This document shows positions 27,420 to 37,065 of a DNA stretch of 64,000 nt, piece after piece. This stretch comes from a virus (Duplodnaviria; Caudoviricetes). Each line of letters starts with the position of its first letter. The first letter of the stretch is position 1. The stretch lies in the IMG/VR virus record IMGVR_UViG_3300042695_000382, positions 922 through 64,921 of that record, one strand, 5' to 3'. Made by a program: the position numbers and the translations under genes. Below the pieces are notes generated by a model. The model was not told where the DNA came from. It made no database searches and saw only the letters and a program-made list of their open reading frames with translations.

Positions 27420-27477
27420 AAACGTTCAAAAATAAGTAATATATACAATATACAATTCAATCTAATCAAATTAAATT

Positions 27478-29022
27478 ATGGCAGACGCAATAGTTAAGAA
27501 TCTAAGCTTTGGTAAAGAAGCTAGTGATAAAGTATTTATGGGTATAGAAAAACTTGCAAAAGCAGTTGGATCTACCCTTGGAGCAAGTGGTAAATGTGTT
27601 TTACTTGAAGACCATACCGGTGCTCCTGTAATTACTAAAGACGGTGTTACCGTTGCTGATTCAATTATCTTGTTGGACCCAGTTGAAAATATGGGGGCTA
27701 CATTATTAAAAGAAGCAGCAAGAAAAACAGTAAGAGAAGCTGGAGACGGAACAACCACTGCAACAGTATTAGCCCATGCGATTTTAAGTGAAGCTTATAA
27801 GTCAACTGAAACTAATACTAGAAAAGTAAAAGAAGGTATTGAAACAATGTGCGATAAAGTTGTGGATTACCTAGAAAAAAATAAGATCGTTGTAACAGGC
27901 GATATGATTGATCAAGTTGCAACAATTTCAACAAACAATGATCCTGAGTTAGGCAAGTTAGTTGGTGATGCATTTAGATCCGTTGGGGAAACTGGTATTG
28001 TAATGATGGAAACATCAAATGATCCAGAATGTAGTTTAGATGTTGTAGAAGGTGTGCAGTATGATAAAGGATTAACAAATAGTCATTTCATTACAAACCA
28101 AAAAACAAAGACAGCTGAATTAGAAAACCCATTAATACTTATAATAGAATCTCCAGTAGATAATATTAGACAAATACAACCAGCGTTAGAATATGTAATA
28201 CGTCATAATAAACCATTACTTATTATTGCTGATTTAGAACAGAATGTACTTGCCCCTTTAGCAATGAATAAAGTAAAGGGAAATATAAAAGTAAATGTTA
28301 TCAATGCTCCAACTTATGGAATAAGCAAAAAAGAAGTACTTGATGATTTAGCTTTATTAACGGGTGCAACCGTAATTAACGAAGACTTAGGAGATGATAT
28401 GGATTTATTTACCTCTGATGTTTTTGGAACTTGTAAAAGAAGTATAACTTCGCACGAAGATACGGTATTACACGTAGGTGAACCTACAGAAGAAATAAAT
28501 GGTATTATAGAGGATATTAAAAAATCCTTATTAGAAAACAATCCACAACCTAAAGTTATTAAACTTGAAAGACGATTAGCTAGATTATCAGCTAAGATCG
28601 CAATTGTAAAGGTTGGAGCTAATTCTGAAATAGAATTAAAAGAAAAAGCAGATAGAGTAGAAGACGCAATTTGTGCAACTAAAGCTGCTATTAAAGAAGG
28701 TATTGTTTCAGGAGGTGGTATTGCTTTATTAAATGCTTCACATAACATAGATTCTTTTGGTGAAGGACAAACAATATTACTTGATGCTATTAGAGCACCA
28801 TTTAAATTAATATTAGATAATGCGGGTATTGAGAATGCTCCATTAGAAACTATATCAAAGAAAGGATATGGATTAGATGTAATAACCGGTAAAACTGTAA
28901 ATATGGTTGATGCTGGAATTATTGATCCTTTATTAGTTACAAAAAGTGCATTGAAGAATGCAGTATCTGTAGCAACCACTATCTTATCGACTAATTGTGT
29001 AATTAATAACTTAAGAGTATAA
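27478..29022 (+). CDS. groEL: Phage chaperonin GroEL
   Basis: ITKDGVTVA, AGDGTTTATVLA, ERRLARLS, DRVEDA, GIVSGGG, GIIDP. Confidence 0.96.
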   Translation: MADAIVKNLSFGKEASDKVFMGIEKLAKAVGSTLGASGKCVLLEDHTGAPVITKDGVTVADSIILLDPVENMGATLLKEAARKTVREAGDGTTTATVLAHAILSEAYKSTETNTRKVKEGIETMCDKVVDYLEKNKIVVTGDMIDQVATISTNNDPELGKLVGDAFRSVGETGIVMMETSNDPECSLDVVEGVQYDKGLTNSHFITNQKTKTAELENPLILIIESPVDNIRQIQPALEYVIRHNKPLLIIADLEQNVLAPLAMNKVKGNIKVNVINAPTYGISKKEVLDDLALLTGATVINEDLGDDMDLFTSDVFGTCKRSITSHEDTVLHVGEPTEEINGIIEDIKKSLLENNPQPKVIKLERRLARLSAKIAIVKVGANSEIELKEKADRVEDAICATKAAIKEGIVSGGGIALLNASHNIDSFGEGQTILLDAIRAPFKLILDNAGIENAPLETISKKGYGLDVITGKTVNMVDAGIIDPLLVTKSALKNAVSVATTILSTNCVINNLRV

Positions 29023-29282
29023 TGAGAGCAATAGGTAAGTGTTTGATAATAGAAAAAATAAAAGAAGGTACAACTAAAACAAAAGGCGGATTAATGCTTG
29101 CTGAAAACCAAAGAGAAGATATTAGATATATAGAAGCTAATGTTCTTTCAATTGGCGATGAAGTTGTAGGTGTGAAAGAAGGAGATCGTATATTCTATGA
29201 TCGTCATGCTGGTCACAAAATTGATATAGATAAAGAAACATATCAAGTTATAAGATTAGGGGATGTAGTAGTTGTATTATAA
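29022..29282 (+). CDS. groES: Co-chaperonin GroES
   Basis: TKTKGGLML mobile loop, VLSIG...VKEGDRIFY. Confidence 0.9.
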   Translation: MRAIGKCLIIEKIKEGTTKTKGGLMLAENQREDIRYIEANVLSIGDEVVGVKEGDRIFYDRHAGHKIDIDKETYQVIRLGDVVVVL

Positions 29283-29734
29283 TGAGATTAGAGCCAAGTG
29301 ATATTAAAGATATTGGGTTATTAAAGCATTATAGAATCATTAGACGTTGGGCTTGTAGAAATAACAATTTAACGGATGCAGATTTAGAATTACTAATATA
29401 CTTTGATTGTTTAGAATTCTTTACAAAACAGGATTATAAAATAGGTACATACGCATATAGTTGGGACAATAAGCGCTGGAACAATTTATTAAAAGAAGGG
29501 TGGATAGTAGTGTGGCGAAATAGAAACCATACAACCCAAAAGTATAATATATATAAAGTTTCATTTAAGTGCAAACAACTAATTAGTAAAATGTACCGTA
29601 TAATGCTGGGTAAAGAAGACTTGCCAACAAGTAAGCACCGTAATGTTATAATGAAAGGTAAAACATATATAGATACGGTTATGATAACCGCTATAGAGAA
29701 TGTAAATAACGATAAAACAAGAAATAATGAATAA
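29282..29734 (+). CDS. Hypothetical protein (possible winged helix)
   Basis: Coupled to groES; DLELLIYFD...LLKEGWIVVW. Confidence 0.65.
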   Translation: MRLEPSDIKDIGLLKHYRIIRRWACRNNNLTDADLELLIYFDCLEFFTKQDYKIGTYAYSWDNKRWNNLLKEGWIVVWRNRNHTTQKYNIYKVSFKCKQLISKMYRIMLGKEDLPTSKHRNVIMKGKTYIDTVMITAIENVNNDKTRNNE

Positions 29735-29984
29735 TACTTACAATCCATCTATGATAGATAACGGTGTAATAAATCCTGCTTCAGGCGGAGTTACTGCAAT
29801 TACACCAGGTAATCCAGGTATGATCAATCCAAATCAAATGCAAGAATCTGCAATTAATCCTGGATTGTTTTCAAATATGGATGCAATTAAGAATTTAAAT
29901 CCTGGTAGTGTTTATAATCAGGCTCGTCCTGTTATGCCACCAAATGGAGTTCAAACACCTATAACCCCAGCATTGGGAATGTAA
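29727..29984 (+). CDS. Low-complexity Asn/Pro/Gly protein
   Basis: Repeated (I/L)NP units. Confidence 0.6.
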   Translation: MNNTYNPSMIDNGVINPASGGVTAITPGNPGMINPNQMQESAINPGLFSNMDAIKNLNPGSVYNQARPVMPPNGVQTPITPALGM

Positions 29985-29994
29985 ATCAATAACT

Positions 29995-30213
29995 ATGAAT
30001 ATAAAAGCAACAAAACATCCAATTACGCCTTTTGACAAAGAGGCTAAAATGTCGGGGGTAGGAGCAAATGCTCTATGGAATGGTCCGTTTGATACAACGG
30101 GTTATCCAAAAAGTAAAGGAGACAGTGCAGGTAAAAATGGAATCAAATTAAGATTTGATCAGCCATCGTGTTCACCTGCTCCTATAACACAAAAAGCAAA
30201 AGGCAGATTTTAA
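29995..30213 (+). CDS. Hypothetical protein
   Basis: GVGANALWNGP. Confidence 0.65.
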   Translation: MNIKATKHPITPFDKEAKMSGVGANALWNGPFDTTGYPKSKGDSAGKNGIKLRFDQPSCSPAPITQKAKGRF

Positions 30214-30241
30214 AAATTAACAACTAAACTAAAAAACAAAA

Positions 30242-30535
30242 ATGGCAAAATTTCTTTCAATTTACGTTACAAATACTGGCTTAACAGCTGGAGAACGTTT
30301 AATCAATGCAGAACAAATTACTACAGTTGCTCAAACTGCAGCTACAACTACTGTTATTACATTAGCACAAGCTGGTACATCTTTTGATCAAATTACTTTA
30401 ACGCATACATCTACAGGTACTACACCATCTGTTAAAGATGCTATCAATGATGCTATCACTGCTGTTCCTGGTGGACAAACTGTTGCGGTATCTATGCCAG
30501 TAGGTATTGTATGTTCAGCAATCGCATTAGCATAA
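30242..30535 (+). CDS. Putative small virion protein
   Basis: Thr/Ala-rich ORF among late genes. Confidence 0.65.
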   Translation: MAKFLSIYVTNTGLTAGERLINAEQITTVAQTAATTTVITLAQAGTSFDQITLTHTSTGTTPSVKDAINDAITAVPGGQTVAVSMPVGIVCSAIALA

Positions 30536-30552
30536 TCTTAATATAAATAGAT

Positions 30553-30837
30553 ATGGCTACTAAAAAGATTGTAGAGAAAAAAACAGGGGAAAAGTATGCT
30601 TCTAAAGCAGCTATGGCTAAACACGAAAAAAAAGAAGGTAAAGCTGAGCAAATGAAAGAATACGGAAAAGTTAAAAGAACTCCAGCAATGCAAGTTAAAA
30701 GTGCAAAGCCTGCTCCAAAAGCAAATGCAATGGAAGGTAAAGCAACAATGGCTGCAAAAGCAAAATCACCAGTTATGATGAAAAAGTCTGCAGCTATGAT
30801 GAAAAAAGCTCCAGCACTTAAAATGAAAAAGTGCTAG
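30553..30837 (+). CDS. Small basic Lys/Ala/Met-rich protein
   Basis: EKKTGEKYASKAAMAKHEKKE. Confidence 0.7.
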   Translation: MATKKIVEKKTGEKYASKAAMAKHEKKEGKAEQMKEYGKVKRTPAMQVKSAKPAPKANAMEGKATMAAKAKSPVMMKKSAAMMKKAPALKMKKC

Positions 30838-30838
30838 A

Positions 30839-31153
30839 ATGGCTTTTATAATGAAGGGCGCTCCTTATAATTGTGATAATACACCAGTCTATCAAGTAGA
30901 CATGGATGATAATATATTAGGTATGGCCCAAAATAATGGAACTATCTTAATTAACAAGGACGTATCCCCATTAGAATTAAAAAAGAATAAAACAATTTCG
31001 CACGAGAAAGTACATATTGACCAGATGAAACGAGGGGATCTAGATTACACAGATTCCCATGTTATCTGGAAAGGTAAAAAGTATTCAAGAGCAACAATGG
31101 AAGAAGGTTCCAAAAAACTACCTTGGGAAATAGAAGCTTATAAAAAACAATAA
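30839..31153 (+). CDS. Small zincin-like metalloprotease
   Basis: HEKVH motif and LPWEIEAY. Confidence 0.7.
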   Translation: MAFIMKGAPYNCDNTPVYQVDMDDNILGMAQNNGTILINKDVSPLELKKNKTISHEKVHIDQMKRGDLDYTDSHVIWKGKKYSRATMEEGSKKLPWEIEAYKKQ

Positions 31154-31196
31154 ATTTGCGTAATAATAATATTATATAACTTTAATTAAATATATT

Positions 31197-31559
31197 ATGA
31201 AAAAAGTATTGGTATTATTATTAGGTTTAGTGTTTTTTAACACAAGTGCACAAAAAATGTCTCCCGCTTATTTACAGGGCCAATGGATTTCTGCAGAAGG
31301 CTCTAAAATGATTATTAAAGGGAATAAAAAAAATAATCTAATTATAGAAAAAACTTTAGCTGACGGAGATTCTCTAAAAGTAGTTAGATATTATATGGAT
31401 AAAAAAAATCTATATATTGAAACTTTATTAGAACAAAATAACTACGATGCGGTGGCAAAATATATCATTATTGATAATGACACAATGGTTGCCGACGTTG
31501 TTAGTAAATTTCCGGGACAAGTTATTTATAGAAGAATATTAAACAATAAAACAAATTAA
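31197..31559 (+). CDS. Secreted beta-rich (lipocalin-like) protein
   Basis: Signal peptide ending TSA/Q; LQGQW motif. Confidence 0.65.
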   Translation: MKKVLVLLLGLVFFNTSAQKMSPAYLQGQWISAEGSKMIIKGNKKNNLIIEKTLADGDSLKVVRYYMDKKNLYIETLLEQNNYDAVAKYIIIDNDTMVADVVSKFPGQVIYRRILNNKTN

Positions 31560-31563
31560 CAAA

Positions 31564-32025
31564 ATGGCATATAAGCAAAAACCAGGTAGAGGAAATAATG
31601 CAAAAACTGGGCATGGTCTACCTTCTCCATTTAAACAAATGGAAATTGAAGTTACAAAAAGTTACGAAGTTGGTAAGGAAAAACTTGCTAAAAATAGAGA
31701 AACTGGTAATGTACCGGGAGGAATGACTATTGATCCAGAATCTGGTAAAGCTAATGCAAATTTACCAATGCACAAAGTTGTTAAATCGGGTTCATTTCTT
31801 CGTGAATTAGATTCTGCTGGTAAAATAGTAAGAGAAGTTGCACAAGATACCAGAGGCAATAAAGATTTTTACAAATCGGTTGAGGATAGAAATGCTGACG
31901 TTACTAAACGTCAAACAAGAAACGCGGATTTGTACAATGCTTTTAGTGGAGGGACAAAACCAGAAAATTTATCTGATTATCAAAAACAAACACTTGTTAG
32001 TTTAGGTAAAGCAGTAAAGAAATAA
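31564..32025 (+). CDS. Hypothetical protein
   Basis: MAYKQKPGRG...SPFKQ leader. Confidence 0.7.
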   Translation: MAYKQKPGRGNNAKTGHGLPSPFKQMEIEVTKSYEVGKEKLAKNRETGNVPGGMTIDPESGKANANLPMHKVVKSGSFLRELDSAGKIVREVAQDTRGNKDFYKSVEDRNADVTKRQTRNADLYNAFSGGTKPENLSDYQKQTLVSLGKAVKK

Positions 32026-32027
32026 GA

Positions 32028-32288
32028 ATGAAAAATCTATCAACAGAAGGTTATAAAAAAAATAGTCCTGATAAAGATAGACCTTATAATGTAATACCAA
32101 GCGGGGACATCACTATGGAAAACGTAGAGTTCCCCGTTTTAGGTATTGACAATTTAGGTAATGAAAAAATAATGAAACCAGGAGATAAAGAAATTAACTT
32201 TCCAGGTAATACAGTATTAGAGTTCCCTATGCTTGGTAACTCATTAAAGAACAAAAGCAAAATATATAACAAAATATTTAAAAAATAA
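32028..32288 (+). CDS. Hypothetical phage protein
   Basis: GYKKNSPD...IPSGDITM...FPGNTVLEFPM. Confidence 0.7.
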   Translation: MKNLSTEGYKKNSPDKDRPYNVIPSGDITMENVEFPVLGIDNLGNEKIMKPGDKEINFPGNTVLEFPMLGNSLKNKSKIYNKIFKK

Positions 32289-32291
32289 ATT

Positions 32292-32606
32292 ATGGGACAA
32301 TATGGTAATCAACCAGATTTTGGAACAAGAGCAGGTGTAGCATATATTATTGGGGACCCAAGTGATATAGGTAGTGCTATTAATTTAGGTTCAGCTGCCT
32401 TATATATAGGTACGGGAGGCACTTTAGTTTGCCGTGTTGTTGGTGGAAATGCTAATTATGTGAACGACGCAGATCCACAAAGTGGATATACTATTTTTTA
32501 CAATATACCGGCTGGTACTTTTTTCCCAGTAATAGTAGATTGTATTTGGAGTAATGATGGAGGAGAAACTTCTACAACTTGTGATAATATAGTAGCGCTT
32601 TACTAA
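32292..32606 (+). CDS. Putative virion protein
   Basis: ALYIGTGG...FYNIPAGTFFPVIVD...IVALY. Confidence 0.7.
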   Translation: MGQYGNQPDFGTRAGVAYIIGDPSDIGSAINLGSAALYIGTGGTLVCRVVGGNANYVNDADPQSGYTIFYNIPAGTFFPVIVDCIWSNDGGETSTTCDNIVALY

Positions 32607-32887
32607 TGAAAATGGGTATAGGTATTGGCTGGCCTAATAGTACAAGTAGTTGGGGAGACATTTATCCATTTATAATAGAGGATTGTACTGGTATAGTAAC
32701 AACCGTTTATTCTACTTCTTCTGAATTTTTACCTGGTGCATATGTATTTAATGATCCGGGATTAACAGATCCATTTACAAATGTGGGAATTTGGAATTTA
32801 CCAGGATTAATATACTCTATTGGAGGATACGGGGTAGGACCGGTTTCAGGTATAGTAAAAGCTCCATTAGGAGGCTGCCCAACATAA
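32606..32887 (+). CDS. Hypothetical protein
   Basis: MKMGIGIGWP start; coupled ORF. Confidence 0.6.
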   Translation: MKMGIGIGWPNSTSSWGDIYPFIIEDCTGIVTTVYSTSSEFLPGAYVFNDPGLTDPFTNVGIWNLPGLIYSIGGYGVGPVSGIVKAPLGGCPT

Positions 32888-32983
32888 TAATAAAATAATA
32901 TAAAATGACAACAGAAGAAATAGCAAAGCTAAAATACCTTTTAACATTATCATAATAATAATTAACAATTAAATTAAATAAAA

Positions 32984-33238
32984 ATGGATGTAGTAAAACA
33001 AATTACAGCAGTACAATTAGAAACAATTGTAAATCAACAAAAAGACATTAACGCATTGTTAACAAACATTGGAATATTGGAATCACAAAAGCATGGATTC
33101 TTACACCAATTAGCTGAAGTTAATAAAGCAGTTGAAGATTATAAAAACTTATTACAAGAGGAATATGGCCCTATCAATATTAATTTAGAAGATGGAACTT
33201 ACACTGTAATAGAAGAGAATGCTGAAGAAGCAAAATAA
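32984..33238 (+). CDS. Coiled-coil protein
   Basis: LQEEYGPININLEDGTY. Confidence 0.7.
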   Translation: MDVVKQITAVQLETIVNQQKDINALLTNIGILESQKHGFLHQLAEVNKAVEDYKNLLQEEYGPININLEDGTYTVIEENAEEAK

Positions 33239-33462
33239 TGGACTCGGTTATTAGAAAAATAAGTATAGGTGTAGACTATAAAAATGAGGCTATGCACTAT
33301 TCTGTTGGACAACAAGTATATGGGGGGCACGAAATCTCCTGTATACTTGAAGCATCCGATAAGTCCTATAAAATTTACATTAAGAAAGAAGACGAAGTAA
33401 TGCCCTGGAAGAAGTTTAATTCTAATATGGCTATTGCTATCGAATACGATTTAGAATATTAA
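33238..33462 (+). CDS. Hypothetical phage protein
   Basis: IRKISIG.DYKNEAMHYSVGQ.VYGGH. Confidence 0.7.
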   Translation: MDSVIRKISIGVDYKNEAMHYSVGQQVYGGHEISCILEASDKSYKIYIKKEDEVMPWKKFNSNMAIAIEYDLEY

Positions 33463-34064
33463 TGAAAAGTGTCTTTAGTTTTATCGTTCGTCCAGTAAAT
33501 GGAGATCGATACAACAACAAAGTCAAAGTAGGAGACAAAGATCTTATACTAAATACCCAAATAGAAAGTTTTAAATCTGTTAATAATTTTGCAGAGGTGG
33601 TTTCGGTACCATTAGCATATACTACAGATATAAAAGTGGGAGACATTGTTGTGATACATCATAATGTATTTAGAAAGTTTTATGATATAAGAGGCAAAAT
33701 AAAAAATAGTAGAGCTTATTTTAAAGATGACCTTTACTTTTGCGATCTTGATCAGATATATTTATATAAAACAGATGCCGAATGGAAATCATTTGGCGAT
33801 AGATGTTTTATAAAACCATTAAAGAATATTGACTATTTAAAGCTCGATAAGGAACAAAAGCTTATTGGTATATTAAAATATGGAAATAGCTCTTTAAATA
33901 AGCTTAAAATCAATCCTGGTGACTTAGTGGGTTATACTCCTTACGGGGAATATGACTTTATAATAGATGGGGAGCGATTATATTGTATGAAATCTAATGA
34001 TATTGTAATTAAGTATGAATATAAAGGAGACGAAGCTGAATACAACCCAACTTGGGCAAAATAA
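33462..34064 (+). CDS. Tandem GroES-like domain protein
   Basis: IKVGDIVVIHHN and INPGDLVGY...IIDGERLYCMKSNDIV both resemble GroES beta-barrel motifs. Confidence 0.55.
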   Translation: MKSVFSFIVRPVNGDRYNNKVKVGDKDLILNTQIESFKSVNNFAEVVSVPLAYTTDIKVGDIVVIHHNVFRKFYDIRGKIKNSRAYFKDDLYFCDLDQIYLYKTDAEWKSFGDRCFIKPLKNIDYLKLDKEQKLIGILKYGNSSLNKLKINPGDLVGYTPYGEYDFIIDGERLYCMKSNDIVIKYEYKGDEAEYNPTWAK

Positions 34065-34557
34065 TTGGATTGTTTATAGACATATAAGAAACGATAAAAA
34101 TATGCCGTTTTATATTGGTATAGGTAAAGATATTAGTAGACCATATAATAAAAGAAGTAGATCCAAATTTTGGAAAAGCATAATTGGCAAGACAGAGTAT
34201 ACTGTAGAAATTCTTTTTGAAGATTTAACAAAAGAACAAGCAATAGAAAAAGAGGTAGAGTTTATAGAATTATATGGCAGAATTGATTTAAAAACCGGAA
34301 CTCTTTGTAATATGACTTGTGGAGGTGAAGGTACTGGAAAACTAAACGACGATTTAGAGTTTATTAGAAGAAAAAAAATAACCGCTACTTTAACTGGCAA
34401 GAAATTATCTTCAGCATCAAAAATAAAATGTTGCACTGGTCAGAAAAATAGGATGCCTGTTACAATTGATGGAATTGAATATCTATCTTTAAGACAAGCG
34501 GCATTAGCTTTTGGAGTCCATAAGAATACTATAAAAAAATTATATTATATTAAATAA
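34015..34557 (+). CDS. GIY-YIG endonuclease (Seg-like, probably free-standing homing)
   Basis: IVYRH...FYIGIG...R...E...LCNMTCGGEG; C-terminal YLSLRQAA NUMOD-like motif. Confidence 0.85.
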   Translation: MNIKETKLNTTQLGQNNWIVYRHIRNDKNMPFYIGIGKDISRPYNKRSRSKFWKSIIGKTEYTVEILFEDLTKEQAIEKEVEFIELYGRIDLKTGTLCNMTCGGEGTGKLNDDLEFIRRKKITATLTGKKLSSASKIKCCTGQKNRMPVTIDGIEYLSLRQAALAFGVHKNTIKKLYYIK

Positions 34558-34558
34558 A

Positions 34559-34840
34559 ATGGATATTAAAGAAACAAAAAATAATATCATAAAAGCTGGG
34601 CACAAAGCAGTATTGGAGTTAATCAAAGTAGCTGAAGAAGCTATCTTAGATAATGGCGAAGACGATTTAGCGGCAGACAAATTAAAGAATGCGGCTGCAA
34701 CTAAAAAGCTCGCAATATTCGATGCATTTGAAATACTTACAAGAATCGAACTCGAAGAAAGAATATTAAACGACGAGGAAACAGCAAAAGATACTGCACA
34801 AAAAGTATTTAAAGGTTTTGCAGAAGGGAGATCTAAATAA
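34559..34840 (+). CDS. Putative terminase small subunit
   Basis: Helical 93-aa ORF coupled to the terminase large subunit. Confidence 0.55.
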   Translation: MDIKETKNNIIKAGHKAVLELIKVAEEAILDNGEDDLAADKLKNAAATKKLAIFDAFEILTRIELEERILNDEETAKDTAQKVFKGFAEGRSK

Positions 34841-37062
34841 TGTACGAACAAAATTTATTTAGAGTTGTACCCAATTACGTTAAGCAAAGCGTTATAAAGC
34901 AAAACAATCGTAATAAAAAATGGGCATATGGATATAATAAAGACCATGATATGGTTGTTATTAGTAAAACTGGAAAGATTGGTGAGATATATGAAATCCA
35001 AAATTTAAAGATAGCCTTACCTGAAGTAGAAAAAGTATATTCTAGATCTAATAAAAAAGAAGAACAGTATTGGGAAAAAATAGAATACCCAAAAGAGTTA
35101 GATAAAATAAAGAATGTATTTGATTGGAATAAATATCCAGATCATTTTAAAGAGCAGTGGTACGATTATGTAGATGCTGAATTTAAATATAGAGATGAAG
35201 GTGTATACTTTAATAACAATGGAATACCAACCTATATAACCGGCACACATTATATGTACTTGCAATGGAGCAAGATAGACGTAGGTGCGCCAGATTTTAG
35301 GGAATCAAATAGATTGTTCTTCATATTTTGGGAAGCTTGTAAAGCGGATACAAGATGTTATGGAATGTGTTATTTAAAGAATAGACGTTCCGGATTTTCA
35401 TTTATGTCTTCTGCAGAATTAGTAAACCAAGCAACTATATCAAGCGACTCAAGATTTGGTATATTATCAAAATCTGGACAGGATGCTAAAACAATGTTTA
35501 CAGATAAAGTTGTTCCAATCTCTATTAACTATCCTTTCTTTTTCAAACCAATACAAGACGGTATGGACCGTCCTAAAACAGAATTAGCATATAGAGTTCC
35601 GGCTTCTAAATTTACAAGAAGAAAATTAGATGCAAACGAAACTGCTATAGAATTAGAAGGATTAGATACTACAATTGACTGGAAGAACACCGGAGACAAC
35701 TCTTATGATGGGGAGAAATTAAAGTTACTCGTACATGATGAAAGTGGTAAATGGTTAAAGCCGGATAATATATTAAACAACTGGCGTGTTACAAAAACGT
35801 GTCTTCGATTAGGTAGTAGAATTATTGGTAAGTGTATGATGGGATCAACATCAAACGCTTTAGATAAAGGAGGAGATAATTTTAAAAAATTATATTATGA
35901 TTCCGACGTTACGAAAAGAAACCGCAACGGACAGACTAGCTCAGGATTATATAGTTTGTTCATACCTATGGAATGGTCCTACGAGGGATTCATTGATACT
36001 TATGGCTTACCTGTCTTCGATACTCCAAAAACCCCGATAAAAGGTGTTGATGGAAATTGGATTGAATATGGTGTTATCGAACACTGGCAGAATGAAGTAG
36101 ATGGTTTAAAAAGCGATCAAGATGGTTTAAATGAATATTACCGTCAGTTCCCAAGGACAGAACAACATGCATTTAGAGATGAAGCAAAGCAATCTTTGTT
36201 TAATCTTACTAAAATATACGAACAAATAGATTACAATGACGACCTTAGAAACTCAAGTGTTTTAACGCGAGGTAGTTTTCAATGGGAAAATGGAATACAA
36301 GATTCACAAGTAATTTTTTATCCAAATAAAGATGGAAGATTTTTAATTTCTTGGATACCACCTAAACATCTTCAAAACCGTGTAATTATAAGGAATGGGC
36401 TTAAATACCCAGGCAATGAACACTGTGGCGCATTTGGTTGTGATAGTTATGATATATCAGGAACAGTAGACGCAAGCAGAGGATCTAACGGAGCGCTTCA
36501 TGGATTAACAAAGTTTACCATGGAAGATGTTCCTCCTAATCATTTCTTTTTAGAATATATTGCAAGACCTCAAACAGCTGAGATGTTTTTTGAAGATGTT
36601 CTTATGGCTTTGGTGTTTTACGGAATGCCTATATTAGCAGAGAATAATAAGCCAAGACTTTTATATTATTTAAAAAGAAGAGGTTATAGAGGGTTTTCAA
36701 TAAATAGACCGGATAAAGTTTGGAATAAATTATCACCAGCTGAAAAAGAAATAGGTGGAATACCAAACTCCTCACAAGATATAATGCAAGCTCACGCTTC
36801 GGCTATTGAGACATACATAGAAAATAATGTTGGTTATAATAATGAACAATATGGTAGTATGTATTTTCAAAAAACATTGGAAGATTGGGCAAGATTTAAC
36901 ATAAACAATAGAACAAAACATGATGCTTCTATTAGTTCGGGGTTAGCAATAATGGCTTGTAATAAACATTTATATGTTCCTACTACACCTTATGAAAGAC
37001 CTAAGTTTGGATTAGGATTTAAAAAATATAACAATAATGGAGACTCCTCCGAAATAATATAA
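34840..37062 (+). CDS. terL: Terminase large subunit
   Basis: LKNRRSGFS Walker A variant, LLVHDESGKW Walker B, FGCDSYD nuclease motif, HDASISSG. Confidence 0.9.
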   Translation: MYEQNLFRVVPNYVKQSVIKQNNRNKKWAYGYNKDHDMVVISKTGKIGEIYEIQNLKIALPEVEKVYSRSNKKEEQYWEKIEYPKELDKIKNVFDWNKYPDHFKEQWYDYVDAEFKYRDEGVYFNNNGIPTYITGTHYMYLQWSKIDVGAPDFRESNRLFFIFWEACKADTRCYGMCYLKNRRSGFSFMSSAELVNQATISSDSRFGILSKSGQDAKTMFTDKVVPISINYPFFFKPIQDGMDRPKTELAYRVPASKFTRRKLDANETAIELEGLDTTIDWKNTGDNSYDGEKLKLLVHDESGKWLKPDNILNNWRVTKTCLRLGSRIIGKCMMGSTSNALDKGGDNFKKLYYDSDVTKRNRNGQTSSGLYSLFIPMEWSYEGFIDTYGLPVFDTPKTPIKGVDGNWIEYGVIEHWQNEVDGLKSDQDGLNEYYRQFPRTEQHAFRDEAKQSLFNLTKIYEQIDYNDDLRNSSVLTRGSFQWENGIQDSQVIFYPNKDGRFLISWIPPKHLQNRVIIRNGLKYPGNEHCGAFGCDSYDISGTVDASRGSNGALHGLTKFTMEDVPPNHFFLEYIARPQTAEMFFEDVLMALVFYGMPILAENNKPRLLYYLKRRGYRGFSINRPDKVWNKLSPAEKEIGGIPNSSQDIMQAHASAIETYIENNVGYNNEQYGSMYFQKTLEDWARFNINNRTKHDASISSGLAIMACNKHLYVPTTPYERPKFGLGFKKYNNNGDSSEII

Positions 37063-37065
37063 TAA

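Noticed and set aside
28314-28979. Antisense ORFs in the track (for example 28314-28979, 60871-61371, 6119-6463, 16009-16200)
   Set aside because: They are shadow frames of well-supported genes or cross regulatory motifs, against the local gene direction
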